This document shows positions 1-9,593 of a DNA stretch of 64,000 nt, piece after piece. Each line of letters opens with the position of its first letter. Position 1 is the first letter of the stretch. The stretch is from the NCBI GenBank assembly GCA_963836065.1, contig CAWIII010000039.1:20968-84967 (forward strand), written 5' to 3'. The position numbers and the translations under genes were made by a program. The stretch is from an uncultured Solirubrobacterales bacterium (GTDB taxonomy: Bacteria; Actinomycetota; Thermoleophilia; Solirubrobacterales; Solirubrobacteraceae). The notes beneath the pieces are model-generated. The model was not told the DNA's origin, ran no database searches, and saw nothing but the letters and a program-made list of their open reading frames with translations.

Positions 1-478
1 CGCGACCGAAAATGGAAACCAGGACCTTCAGGCGCTGCGCATCCTCGTTCACCTCCGAGATCTCACCGGAGAAGTCCGAAAGCGGGCCTGAGATCACCTT
101 GACTGACTCGCCGATCGAGAACTGCGCGCGACTGCGCGGGCGCTCGGCGGTCTCCTGATGCAACAACCGATCGACTTCGGCCTGGGTAAGCGGGACCGGT
201 TCGTTGGACGCGCCAACGAACCCGGTTACGCCAGGCGTTCCCTTCACCAACGACCACGAGTCCTCGTTGAGATCCATGTTGACAAGCACATAACCCGGCA
301 TCGTCCGCTTCTCGACGGTCACCTTCTGGTTGTCCTTCATCTCTGAGACAGACTCAGTCGGAACGACGATCTGCCTGACCGCACGTTGCTGCCCGAGCGA
401 CACGACCCGGTGCTCGAGGTTGTGCTTGACCTTGTTCTCGTGTCCTGAATATGTGTTTACGACGTACCAGCGGAACAT
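1..478 (-). CDS. nusG: Transcription termination/antitermination factor NusG (runs off window start)
   Basis: Manual translation MFRWYVVNTYSGHENKVK...PGYVLV...TPGVTGFVG...KVISGPLSDFSGEISEV...LKVLVSIFGR; downstream of secE. Confidence 0.97.
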   Translation of the reverse strand, partial: MFRWYVVNTYSGHENKVKHNLEHRVVSLGQQRAVRQIVVPTESVSEMKDNQKVTVEKRTMPGYVLVNMDLNEDSWSLVKGTPGVTGFVGASNEPVPLTQAEVDRLLHQETAERPRSRAQFSIGESVKVISGPLSDFSGEISEVNEDAQRLKVLVSIFGR

Positions 479-491
479 GTTTCTTCTGCTT

Positions 492-1067
492 CTACTTCAA
501 GATGTAATCGACGATTTTGCCGGCGAGGAAGTCGGCCACGCCCAGGAACACGCCGGCCACGATTACGAACCCGATGACGACCCCAGTGGCCTGCATCGTC
601 TGCCGACGGTCAGGCCACTGTACCCGTTGTAGCTCGTGCCAGCTTCCCTGAAGGAAGCGGACCAAGCGGTTACCGGGCACGTTCCGCGGTGCTGGCAGCG
701 CAGCATCCCCGACCGAATCCCCGCCCGCCGAACCTTGCTCCACGCGTGGCGTGACGCCGGCGACGCCCGGAATCGAACTGCGGCGGGAGCCCGATCGAGG
801 CAGCTCCTCCAGCTCATCGGGGGCGGCAGCGCTGTCGGACTCGAGATCCCCGTCGTACGCGAGATCCTCGTCAGCGGCGTCGTCCCCGCTCAGCTCGGGG
901 CGTCCGAGCGCGAGCTGCGCCTCGGCGAGCTCCACATCAGGGGTCCCATGAGCGATCGGGTCCGGGGTTTCCTCGCGCTCGGCGCGCTCGCGCTCGGCGC
1001 GCGCGCTCGGGACCGGCTGCGGCCGGCGCGCCCGTCGTTCCTTCGCTCGTTTACGGTTGCGAGCCAC
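492..1067 (-). CDS. secE: Preprotein translocase subunit SecE with long charged N-terminal extension
   Basis: C-terminal FLQGSWHELQRVQWPDRRQ plus one TM helix; between rpmG and nusG; GTG start at 1067 chosen to avoid overlap with rpmG. Confidence 0.9.
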   Translation of the reverse strand: MARNRKRAKERRARRPQPVPSARAERERAEREETPDPIAHGTPDVELAEAQLALGRPELSGDDAADEDLAYDGDLESDSAAAPDELEELPRSGSRRSSIPGVAGVTPRVEQGSAGGDSVGDAALPAPRNVPGNRLVRFLQGSWHELQRVQWPDRRQTMQATGVVIGFVIVAGVFLGVADFLAGKIVDYILK

Positions 1068-1083
1068 GGAGCTTCCCGCCGCG

Positions 1084-1248
1084 TCAGCGCGTTTCGCGAT
1101 GCGCTCTGTGGCATCTGCACCAGCGGCAGTACTTCCGCAGCTGGATCCGCTCGGGGTTGTTCCGCTTGCTCTTGTTCGTCTGGTAATTCCGGCGCTTGCA
1201 CTCTTCACAGGCGAGAGTTACAGCTATCCGGACGTCTCCACGAGCCAT
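1084..1248 (-). CDS. rpmG: 50S ribosomal protein L33 (CxxC/CxxC form), 54 aa, not in ORF track
   Basis: [54 protein letters not shown]. Confidence 0.97.
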   Translation of the reverse strand: MARGDVRIAVTLACEECKRRNYQTNKSKRNNPERIQLRKYCRWCRCHRAHRETR

Positions 1249-1347
1249 TTAGGCGCTTCCGGTCAAAGGATGATCTGGGCTGGCTGCCGGGCCCTGGGCG
1301 CGAAAACGAACGCCGCCCGGCGCCGTGCTCAGTGTAGCGTCCCAGCG

Positions 1348-2349
1348 CTATTCGGCCAGCTCTTGCGGGACCAGCTCCAGCTCGAGCCATCTGTCGCCCC
1401 TAACCACCCGCGCGAGTAGCCGCTGTCCAATGACTTCGTGCGTCATCGCGCGCTGGACGTCGTCGACTCGCTCGATCGGCCGCCCGCCGAGCTCGACGAT
1501 CAGATCCTCGGCCCGCAACCCGGCCCGCTCGGCCGGGCTTCCGGCCGCCACCTCGACCACCTCGACGCCGCCATTTCGTCCCAGCCGGACGCGCGCCTGA
1601 GGGGGCAGGGGCCGCGGGCCACCGGCGATCCCGACGTAGGCGCGCCGCACCCGTCCGTCGCGCATCAGCGCTCCGACGATCTGCCGAGTCGCCGCGTTGA
1701 TCGGAACCGCCAATCCCAGGCCGACGCCTGCCACGGCGGTGTTGACCCCGACCACGGTGCCCGAGCTGTCGACGAGCGCGCCACCCGAGTTGCCTGGATT
1801 GAGCGCGGCGTCGGTCTGGATCACGTTGTCGATGTAGCGAACCGTACGTCCCGCGCGGGCCGGCAGGGAGCGCCCCAACGCCGATACGACGCCGGCGGTA
1901 ACCGAGCCCTCAAAACCGTGGGGATTCCCGATCGCCACGACCAGCTGCCCGACCCGCAGCCGTTCGGCCTCCCCCAGCGTCGCCTCGACAAGATTCCCCT
2001 CGTCGGCGCGCAGAACTGCGAGGTCGGAGAGCCGGTCAAGCCCGACCACCCGAAAACTGAGCTCGCGACCGTCGACGAACGAGGCACGCCCGCCGCGGCC
2101 GGGACCGGCGACCACATGGGCCGATGTGAGCAAGAAGCCGTCGGGTGTTAGGGCAACGGCGCTCCCGGCACCGGCCGGCACCTGGCCACCGCGCCCTCGC
2201 CGCACCACACGCAGGTTGGCGACCGAGGGCGCCAATCGCTCGGCGACGTCGACCACTACGCGCGAGTATGCGTCGAGCGCGGCGGCTTCGCGCTCCGGGG
2301 CCGCCGAAGCGGCCGCGGGTGCTCCGTTGAGACTCTCGGTCGCAGCCAT
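1348..2349 (-). CDS. S1C (HtrA/DegP-like) serine protease with PDZ domain
   Basis: TSAHVV, SDLAVL, TDAALNPGNSGGAL catalytic motifs; C-terminal PDZ. Confidence 0.92.
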   Translation of the reverse strand: MAATESLNGAPAAASAAPEREAAALDAYSRVVVDVAERLAPSVANLRVVRRGRGGQVPAGAGSAVALTPDGFLLTSAHVVAGPGRGGRASFVDGRELSFRVVGLDRLSDLAVLRADEGNLVEATLGEAERLRVGQLVVAIGNPHGFEGSVTAGVVSALGRSLPARAGRTVRYIDNVIQTDAALNPGNSGGALVDSSGTVVGVNTAVAGVGLGLAVPINAATRQIVGALMRDGRVRRAYVGIAGGPRPLPPQARVRLGRNGGVEVVEVAAGSPAERAGLRAEDLIVELGGRPIERVDDVQRAMTHEVIGQRLLARVVRGDRWLELELVPQELAE

Positions 2350-2354
2350 GGCGC

Positions 2355-3248
2355 TTAGAAGCTCACCTGGACGGTGCGCTCATCGCTGCCGCGGACGATC
2401 GTCAGCTCGAGCTTGCCTTCGGCTCGGGCTTGATCCAGAGCTTCGTAGAGAACGTCGACGCCGTCGATCTGGCGTCCGCCGGCGGCGACGATCAAATCGC
2501 CGCGCTCGATTCCGGCGCGGTCGGCGGCGCTGTCCTCCTCAACCGCTCGGACGAGCACGCCGTCGCGCTCGGAAAGACCGACCGCTCGCCGCAGCCGTCG
2601 GGCCACCCGTGGCGGTGCAATCGCAACGCCAAGTCGTACCCGCTTCGGGGCCTCGCCGCGGCCGAGGGCGGCAACCCGCTCGCGCAGCGCCTCGTCGGCT
2701 GGGATCGCGAGAATCAAGCCGCCGTCAACGCGAACGGAGTTGATCCCTAGCAGGTTCCCGGAGGTATCGAGCAACGGACCGCCGGAGGAGCCTCGCGGGA
2801 GCGGCGCCGAGTGTTCGATCGCCCCGCTGATTCGGCGCCCGCGGGGGCCGCGGAAGCTCCGAGCGAGGGACGAAACGAATCCGGGGGTCACGCGCAAGCC
2901 CCGGCCTCCCGGATTGCCGAGCGCGAGGACTGCGCGCCCGATGGCGGGCGGCGCCGACTGCACCGACCACGCGACGGGCTCAATGTCGCCCGTATCGACT
3001 TCGATCACCGCAACGTCGAGATCCGGATCCGAGCCGGCCACCCGGCCGCTCTCGTGCCGGCCATCGCCGAACGTGACCGTTGTCTCTTCGTGGCGGAGGT
3101 TGTGGGCGCTCGTCAGTACCCGGTCGGGGGCGACCACAACGCCGGATCCGACGCCCCAGCCGCGGCCCAGGCCGACGACGGCCGGGCCCGCCTGCTCCGC
3201 CGCCTCTTGGACGGTCGCTTCAAGTTCTTCAAGCAAAGTCATTTGCAT
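2355..3248 (-). CDS. Second S1C serine protease with PDZ domain
   Basis: TSAHNL, LDVAVI, RGSSGGPL; PDZ GVLVRAVEEDSAADRAGIERGDLI. Confidence 0.88.
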   Translation of the reverse strand: MQMTLLEELEATVQEAAEQAGPAVVGLGRGWGVGSGVVVAPDRVLTSAHNLRHEETTVTFGDGRHESGRVAGSDPDLDVAVIEVDTGDIEPVAWSVQSAPPAIGRAVLALGNPGGRGLRVTPGFVSSLARSFRGPRGRRISGAIEHSAPLPRGSSGGPLLDTSGNLLGINSVRVDGGLILAIPADEALRERVAALGRGEAPKRVRLGVAIAPPRVARRLRRAVGLSERDGVLVRAVEEDSAADRAGIERGDLIVAAGGRQIDGVDVLYEALDQARAEGKLELTIVRGSDERTVQVSF

Positions 3249-3290
3249 CTCTCCTGCTGTTCCGGGCCAACCGGAACAGCGCTACTAGTT

Positions 3291-3307
3291 ACTTGCAATG
3301 TGCAAGT
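3291..3307. promoter_or_regulatory. Palindrome ACTTGCA-atg-TGCAAGT, probable operator of the HxlR regulator
   Basis: Perfect 7-3-7 inverted repeat in the divergent intergenic region. Confidence 0.55.
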
Positions 3308-3351
3308 CGCTACTTTATCACCTGGTGATCGCGCGTAGCATTCCTTCACCG

Positions 3352-3822
3352 ATGGTCGATCCGGCACAGTCGCCCCAGCCCAATCCAGGGGTCCTTTCGC
3401 ATGAGGACCCTTCTCGGTCGGCGCTCGCCGATGCGCTCGCCGCCGTCGGAGATCGCTGGACGCTGCTCCTGGTGGCGGCGCTGCTCGACGGGCCGCGACG
3501 CTTCGGGGAGCTTCAGCAAGAGGTCGAGGGGATCGCTCCCAACGTGCTCTCCCAGCGGCTGCGCCAGCTCGAGCGCAACGCGCTGATCGTCGCCCGCGCC
3601 TACTCCGAGCGGCCACCCAGATTCGTCTACGAGCTCAGCTCAGCGGGTCAGGAGCTCGCCGGCGCGCTCAGGCTCTTGGCCGGGTGGGGGGCCCGCAACG
3701 CCGAGGGTGCCAGCGCCCCCCGCCACGCAGTGTGCGGAACCCCGATGGAGGCGCGCTGGTGGTGTCCGACGTGTGAGCGCCCCGTCGGTGATGAGGAGAG
3801 CGAAGAGCTGCACTTCGCTTAG
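3352..3822 (+). CDS. HxlR-family winged-helix regulator with C-terminal Cys/His motif
   Basis: VGDRWTLLLVAALLDGPRRFGELQ...LSQRLRQLE...YELS; HAVCG...WWCPTC tail. Confidence 0.88.
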   Translation: MVDPAQSPQPNPGVLSHEDPSRSALADALAAVGDRWTLLLVAALLDGPRRFGELQQEVEGIAPNVLSQRLRQLERNALIVARAYSERPPRFVYELSSAGQELAGALRLLAGWGARNAEGASAPRHAVCGTPMEARWWCPTCERPVGDEESEELHFA

Positions 3823-3884
3823 GCGGTTTCGATTGTCGCTGAAACCGCGCCGCATCACGACGCGCTCGACGGCAGAATCCTCGC

Positions 3885-4610
3885 ATGCTCCGCCTGATCG
3901 GCCTGGTCATCTCGATTGGGCTAGCGGATTCGCTGAACCCATCGACGATCGGCCCGGCGCTCTACATGGCAACGGGTGAGCGCGCGCTCGGACGGGTGAC
4001 CGAGTTCACCCTCGGCGTGTTCGCCGTGTACTTCCTGGGCGGCGCCGCGATCGCACTCGGGCCTGGGCAGTTGCTGCTTTCGCTGGTGCCGCATCCGGAC
4101 CCGAACACCAGGCACGTGTTGGAAATTATCGCCGGCGCCGCGATGCTGGTGGCCTCAGGGATGCTGTGGCGATTCCGTGACAGATTGACTCGCCGGGAGC
4201 CGCCGGATTTCGATCCACACGGAAAGGCGAGCGCGATTCTCGGCGCCACGATCACCGCCGTCGAGCTCCCAACCGCGTTCCCCTACTTCGCTGTGATTGC
4301 CGCGATTGTCGGCTCGGGCCTGGACCCGATTCGTCAACTCATCTTGCTGGTGATGTTCAACTTCTTCTTCGTGCTGCCGATGCTCGCGATCATCGCGACG
4401 CTCGCGTTCGCCGGCGACCGGGCCGAACAAGTGCTCGCCACCGGACGGAACTTCCTCCAGCGCCACTGGCCGTCGATTCTGGCCGGGCTCGCCCTCGTGG
4501 CCGGCGTGTTCGTGATCGTGCTCGGAGCGACGGGGCTCGGCAGCACGCGCCGGGGGGACCTCGGCATCTTCTCGCGGCGTCTACGGCGCTTACTGCAACT
4601 GCACCACTGA
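3885..4610 (+). CDS. GAP/Sap-family membrane protein
   Basis: GLADSLNP N-terminus, ELPTAFPYF motif, about six TM segments. Confidence 0.75.
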   Translation: MLRLIGLVISIGLADSLNPSTIGPALYMATGERALGRVTEFTLGVFAVYFLGGAAIALGPGQLLLSLVPHPDPNTRHVLEIIAGAAMLVASGMLWRFRDRLTRREPPDFDPHGKASAILGATITAVELPTAFPYFAVIAAIVGSGLDPIRQLILLVMFNFFFVLPMLAIIATLAFAGDRAEQVLATGRNFLQRHWPSILAGLALVAGVFVIVLGATGLGSTRRGDLGIFSRRLRRLLQLHH

Positions 4611-4620
4611 GGAACGAGGC

Positions 4621-5415
4621 CTAAGCTCCGCCCGCCTCTCGCGCCTCCCTGACCAATCGGCGCATCCCGCTCAGCCAGCGCTCGGGCTGCGCAGCCTTGA
4701 GCGCCATGTGCTTGGCGACTGCCTCGTGGGGGAGGATCAAGAAGCGTTCTTCGCGGATACCAGCGACCGCGGCGGCCGCGACGTCCTCCGGCTCCAGTAC
4801 GCCCTCGGCCAGTAGCGGAGCGGCGCCAACCGGATCATCGAGCGCGAGATCGAGCATCGGCGTCCGCACTCCCTGCGGACAAAGGCAAGAGACCCCGACG
4901 CCCGCGTCGCCGTAATTGATCGCCAGCCATTCGGCGACCGCGACCGCGGCATGCTTGGTCGCCGAGTAAGCCAGCGCGGAGACCTGAGTCAGCAGACCGG
5001 CCGCTGAGGCCGTGTTCAGCAGATAGCCCTCACCGCACGCGACCATCTCGGGCAGCACCGCGCGAGCCGCCCATACGTGGGCCATTACGTTGGTCTCCCA
5101 GGTCCGCTGCCATTGATCGTCGGGCGCCTCGGGTCCGCCGACCGGGCCGGCGATCCCGGCGTTGGAGCAGAACACCTCGATTGGACCGTTCGCCTCCGAG
5201 GCCCGGGTGACGAGCGTCTTGATCTGACTCTCCTGGCTCACGTCCGTCTCGAACGCGACCCCGCCGATTTCCTGCGCGACCGTCTGCGCGGCCTCGAGAT
5301 TGAGATCCGCGACTGTCACCGCCCGTGCCCCCTCGGCGACGATCCGGCGAGCGAGCGCGCGGCCGATCCCGCTGCCGCCGCCGGTGACCACGACGTGTCG
5401 GTTGGCGAGTTCCAT
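4621..5415 (-). CDS. SDR family oxidoreductase
   Basis: TGGGSGIG, SNAG, YSATKHA. Confidence 0.92.
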   Translation of the reverse strand: MELANRHVVVTGGGSGIGRALARRIVAEGARAVTVADLNLEAAQTVAQEIGGVAFETDVSQESQIKTLVTRASEANGPIEVFCSNAGIAGPVGGPEAPDDQWQRTWETNVMAHVWAARAVLPEMVACGEGYLLNTASAAGLLTQVSALAYSATKHAAVAVAEWLAINYGDAGVGVSCLCPQGVRTPMLDLALDDPVGAAPLLAEGVLEPEDVAAAAVAGIREERFLILPHEAVAKHMALKAAQPERWLSGMRRLVREAREAGGA

Positions 5416-6068
5416 CACATGCGCGCCAGCAGCGGCGCATCGTGCACGATCTGGGCAGGGGTGAAATTGCTGGGGTAGGCGACCGCCAGGCGTCCGCTGG
5501 CGCTGATCCCATAGACGATTGCCGTGTGGCCGACGGTCAGCTGCTTGCCGTCCTCGTTGACGCCGATGTCCCATGCTTTCCAGGTCCGGAGCAGCTGTCC
5601 GGGCGTACCCAGCAGATAGTCCATCCGCCCGAGCGCACCGCGACTGGCCAGGAACTGCTTGATCGCGGTCCGCGTATCACGGCGCGGATCGACCGTCACC
5701 GCCACGATCCGGACGTCACCCGCCTGCGTGCCGAGCTGGCGCTGGGCGCTCGCCAGATCCGCGACGATCAGTGGACAGACGTCCGGACAATGCGTGTAGA
5801 CAAACGTCACGAACACCGCCTTTCCGCGCATCGTCGCGAGCGACACTCGATTGCCGGTGTAGTTACGGAGCGTGAGCGGCGCCGCCGGCTTGGCCGGCTT
5901 CAGGACCAGCCCCTGAAGGCCGTGACCCTGCACGGCGCTCGCCGGCTGGTTCGAGCCCGCAGAGGAGCCGCATCCGCTGAGCGCGAGGATCGCCAGCACG
6001 CCGGCGGCCACCAAGGGCAGTGCACATGGACGGACGGCGAGGAGGATCTGCCGGCGCGCCTCGCTCAC
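5415..6068 (-). CDS. SCO family copper chaperone (lipoprotein-like)
   Basis: YTHCPDVCP motif, VTVDPRRDT, conserved His (GHT); LSGC lipobox-like. Confidence 0.92.
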   Translation of the reverse strand: MSEARRQILLAVRPCALPLVAAGVLAILALSGCGSSAGSNQPASAVQGHGLQGLVLKPAKPAAPLTLRNYTGNRVSLATMRGKAVFVTFVYTHCPDVCPLIVADLASAQRQLGTQAGDVRIVAVTVDPRRDTRTAIKQFLASRGALGRMDYLLGTPGQLLRTWKAWDIGVNEDGKQLTVGHTAIVYGISASGRLAVAYPSNFTPAQIVHDAPLLARM

Positions 6069-6916
6069 GATGGAACGCTGGCCGTCGCCCGCCGGCGGTC
6101 GGTGCACTCAGCATCCTGGTCCTGACCCAGCCAGCGGTACAAGGCGATGAACACGAACACCATCATCGAGATCGAGCCGAGGCCCAGCATCACACCACCG
6201 GCCAGCTGCTGATCGGTGAGCGCCGAGATGCCGCCAGGACGATGGGCGAGATCGCTGTAGGCGGGGTACAGCGGCCTCGGCGCGAACGTGAGCACCAGCG
6301 ACAGCAGCCACCCCACGACGAGCGTGGCGGTCATGTAATAGGCGCCGCGCGCTGGGGTCAGCCGCACCCGGAGCGGCGGCGATTCGATGACCTGCGCCCA
6401 CAGGAGGATTCCGAACACCAGGAACGAGATGTGCTCGAGTATGTGGACCGCGGAGCTGCGCAGCGTCAGGTCATACGCGGCCGGGATGTGCCAAAGCACG
6501 AGCACGAGGTTGAAGGCAAGCCACGCTCCGAGCGGCTGCCCGAGTGCTCGTGCGGCTGCGCGAACGGGAGCCCACACAGGTGAGCGGGCGACGGAACGGG
6601 CGACCGTCCGCCGCCATCCGAGCGGCAGCGGTCGCCAGACCGACATCCACGGTGCCCCGAGCACGATCAACGGGGCCGCGACCGTGAGCAGCAGGACGTG
6701 CTGGAGCATGTGGACCCAGAAGAGCTTGTGCGCCAGCGAGTCGATCGGACCCAACAGCGCGACCAGGATCGTCGCCAGGCCGGCGTAGAACGACGCCGCG
6801 CGCCAGCGTGCACGCCGGTCGCGGGGGCGTCCCGTGATGATCGCCGCGCGACGCTCGCCTTGGAGATGCAGCACGAGCGCAGCCCAGATCAAACCCACCG
6901 GGAGGTAGTCGAGCAC
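6065..6916 (-). CDS. ctaG: Cytochrome c oxidase assembly protein, caa3-type CtaG
   Basis: HMLQHVLLLTVAAPL, WHIP, LEH, DQQLAGGVM motifs. Confidence 0.88.
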   Translation of the reverse strand: MLDYLPVGLIWAALVLHLQGERRAAIITGRPRDRRARWRAASFYAGLATILVALLGPIDSLAHKLFWVHMLQHVLLLTVAAPLIVLGAPWMSVWRPLPLGWRRTVARSVARSPVWAPVRAAARALGQPLGAWLAFNLVLVLWHIPAAYDLTLRSSAVHILEHISFLVFGILLWAQVIESPPLRVRLTPARGAYYMTATLVVGWLLSLVLTFAPRPLYPAYSDLAHRPGGISALTDQQLAGGVMLGLGSISMMVFVFIALYRWLGQDQDAECTDRRRATASVPS

Positions 6917-6919
6917 GTC

Positions 6920-7069
6920 CTAGAAGCCGCCGCGCGCCCGCCGCCGCAGTACCACAAACCAGACAGCGAGCACGACAAGCAGGCAGGCGATTGGGAACAC
7001 AAGCGTGAACACGGCTCCGGAGGTGATGTCCGAGCCACCAGCAGCGAGTGGAGCCAGCACCGCAAGCAT
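6920..7069 (-). CDS. 49-aa single-TM protein, candidate small oxidase subunit (not in ORF track)
   Basis: MLAVLAPLAAGGSDITSGAVFTLVFPIACLLVVLAVWFVVLRRRARGGF; ATG overlaps subunit III stop (TGATG) and fills the gap to ctaG. Confidence 0.7.
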   Translation of the reverse strand: MLAVLAPLAAGGSDITSGAVFTLVFPIACLLVVLAVWFVVLRRRARGGF

Positions 7070-7677
7070 CACTTAACAAGGTAGAGCAACAAGTAGGTCA
7101 CGACCTGGATCCCACCGAGCGTGTAGAGCAGCACGGCGCAGGCATCGGCCGACGGACGCAACAGCGTTACAAGCTGATCGTCGCCCTCAGCGGGCGCGGG
7201 AGCGCCTCGCAGTGTTTGCGCGACGAGCGTCTCAATCCAGTACGTGACACCTAGCCAGCAGAGCAGGAACATCAGCGTCCAGCCCCAGAAGACGCTGGCA
7301 TATCCCCCGGCGGCGGTCTTGAAGGGGAGCGTCAGGTACTCCACCAGCTGAAGGACGACCACAATCAGCGCGAGCACCAGCGTGACGATCGCGCCCGATC
7401 GCCACGCGGGGCGCGCCGGCGTCGCGAGCTGACGGCGGGCGAGCTCGAAGATCCCCGCGGCAGCGAGCACGCAGATGACGATCGCAATGCCGTACCACTG
7501 CGTCGGGTTGACGTGTGCGGGATGGAAGTCGTTGTTCGAGTTCACGGCCCTCAGATAGAAGAACGCGAACACGAACGAGACGAACACGAACACGATCGCG
7601 CTCGCGAGCAGCCGCGTGCCCACCTGAGCGTTGGCGGCGACCGAGCGAGCCTCGCCAGGCGCGTCCGAGACGCTCAT
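7069..7677 (-). CDS. Heme-copper oxidase subunit III-like protein (short, divergent)
   Basis: Five TM helices, FAFFYLR and GGYASVFWG motifs; coupled to subunit I. Confidence 0.75.
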   Translation of the reverse strand: MSVSDAPGEARSVAANAQVGTRLLASAIVFVFVSFVFAFFYLRAVNSNNDFHPAHVNPTQWYGIAIVICVLAAAGIFELARRQLATPARPAWRSGAIVTLVLALIVVVLQLVEYLTLPFKTAAGGYASVFWGWTLMFLLCWLGVTYWIETLVAQTLRGAPAPAEGDDQLVTLLRPSADACAVLLYTLGGIQVVTYLLLYLVK

Positions 7678-9593
7678 CCGCCGCCTCCCTCACCCGTGAT
7701 GACCGGCCGGCCCGGCTCCGCCACCGGCGCAACGTCTGGAACGCCATATCCGTACGGCGAGGCCGTGATCTCCGGGATCGTCTCGAAGTTGTACCGGGGG
7801 GGCGGTGACGGTATCTGCCACTCCAGCCCCTTCGACCGCCAGGGATTTGCCCCGGCGGGTTCGCGCTTGAGGATCAGCGACCAGACGAGGTTTGCCAACA
7901 GCACGAGCATCGACGCGCCGAGGCAGAACGCTGACACGGAGACGAACACGTTGAGCGCATGCAGGCTCGGGTTGTAGCTGGTGACCCGTCGCGGCATCCC
8001 AAGCAGTCCGGCAGCGAACAGCGGGAAGAACGTCAAGTTGAAGAAGATGAACATGGTCCAGAAATGGATCTTGCCCAACATCTCATTCAGCTTGAAACCG
8101 GTCATCTTCGGCAGCCAGAAGTACAGGCCTCCCATCAGGGCGAACACCAGGCCGCCCATGATCGTGTAGTGGAAGTGGGCCATCACGAAGTAGCTGCCGT
8201 GCGTGGTCACGTCGCTGGGCACGTCGGAGAGGAACACCCCCGACAGTCCGCCGATCAGGAAGTTGGAGAAGAACGCGAGTGAGAACAGCATCGGCACCGT
8301 GAACCGGATGCGCGCCCGCCACAGCGTCCCAGCCCCGATCAGGAAGATGATGCCGGTGGGGACCGAGATCAGCTCCGTGGTGAACATGTAGAACGGCCGC
8401 AGGTTTGCGTTGATGCCGCTAACGAACAGGTGGTGCTGCCAGACCATGAAGCTCAGCAGCGCCAAGCCGAACATACCGGCAACCGCGACCCGGTAGCCCC
8501 ACAGCGGCTTGCGCGCGAATACCGGCAGGATCTCGAGCACGATCCCGAAGCCCGGCAGCGCGAGGATGTAAACCTCGGGATGCCCGAAGAACCAGAACAG
8601 GTTGTCCCACAGGAATGGGCTCCCGCCGGCGGTCGCCAGGAAGAAGGAGGTGTCGACCGTCCGGTCCAGGCCGACCATGAAAATCGCCGCGAACAGCACC
8701 GGCGCCGCCAACACCGCCAGGATCGATGTCGTCACCAGGCCCCAGACGAAGATCGGAATGCGGTTCCAGGTCATTCCCGGAGCCCTCATGGTGATCACCG
8801 TCGTGATCACGTTCAGTCCGACCAGCACGAGCGCGACTCCGATCAGTGCGAACGAGAACAGGTACGCGTCGATCCCACCACGCGCCTGATCGGCCAGCGG
8901 CGCATACCCCGTCCAACCTGTCGGGAATCCGCCGAGGGCGATCGCCGACAAAAGCACGAAGCCCGCCAGAACGGTAATCCACAGCGTCAGCGCCTCGACC
9001 CGGGGGAACGCCATCCGTCGGGCGCCGATCATCAGCGGCACGAAGTAGTTGCCGAGCGGCCCGAGCACCCCCGCGGACATCATCATCAGCATCATCGTCC
9101 CGTGCAGGCCGACGATCGTCAGGTAGGTACCCGCTGGAACGAGGGTGGCGTTCGCGCTGGTCAGCTCGCTGCGGATGACTATCGCGTTGAGACCGCCGAC
9201 GAAGAAGAAAAACAGCACCGCGACGAAGTACTGGACCCCCACGACCTTGTGATCGGTGCACAGCCGCCAGTAGCGCCATACGCCGGCCTCCTCACGTTCG
9301 GAGATCGTCGCGGGATGGCCAAGCATGCGCTTCAGCGGGTAGCTGAAGAATCCCAGGCCGAGCAGCCACCCGAGCGTCGCGAACAGCATGCCGACGAAGA
9401 TCGCGACATCGTTCTGGTCGGTTCCCGTCTGCGCGTCGACGTCAACGGTGATCCGGACCCCTACCCAGTGACCGAGGATGTATCCGACGATCCCCAGCAC
9501 CACCGCCCACGGCAGCCCGAAGCTCACAAACTCGCGCCAGATCGGCGGCCGTGCCGCGGTCGGCTCGGAATGGGCGCTAGCTGCGGTATCCAT
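7674..9593 (-). CDS. ctaD: Heme-copper oxidase subunit I (A-family) with N-terminal 2-TM extension
   Basis: DHK, HG(T)MM, WFFGHPEVY, WQHH, AHFHY ligand motifs; ATG at 9593 overlaps subunit II stop. Confidence 0.95.
   Translation of the reverse strand: MDTAASAHSEPTAARPPIWREFVSFGLPWAVVLGIVGYILGHWVGVRITVDVDAQTGTDQNDVAIFVGMLFATLGWLLGLGFFSYPLKRMLGHPATISEREEAGVWRYWRLCTDHKVVGVQYFVAVLFFFFVGGLNAIVIRSELTSANATLVPAGTYLTIVGLHGTMMLMMMSAGVLGPLGNYFVPLMIGARRMAFPRVEALTLWITVLAGFVLLSAIALGGFPTGWTGYAPLADQARGGIDAYLFSFALIGVALVLVGLNVITTVITMRAPGMTWNRIPIFVWGLVTTSILAVLAAPVLFAAIFMVGLDRTVDTSFFLATAGGSPFLWDNLFWFFGHPEVYILALPGFGIVLEILPVFARKPLWGYRVAVAGMFGLALLSFMVWQHHLFVSGINANLRPFYMFTTELISVPTGIIFLIGAGTLWRARIRFTVPMLFSLAFFSNFLIGGLSGVFLSDVPSDVTTHGSYFVMAHFHYTIMGGLVFALMGGLYFWLPKMTGFKLNEMLGKIHFWTMFIFFNLTFFPLFAAGLLGMPRRVTSYNPSLHALNVFVSVSAFCLGASMLVLLANLVWSLILKREPAGANPWRSKGLEWQIPSPPPRYNFETIPEITASPYGYGVPDVAPVAEPGRPVITGEGGGG

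Noticed and set aside
1249-1347. tRNA upstream of rpmG
   Set aside because: No T-loop GTTCGA or cloverleaf visible
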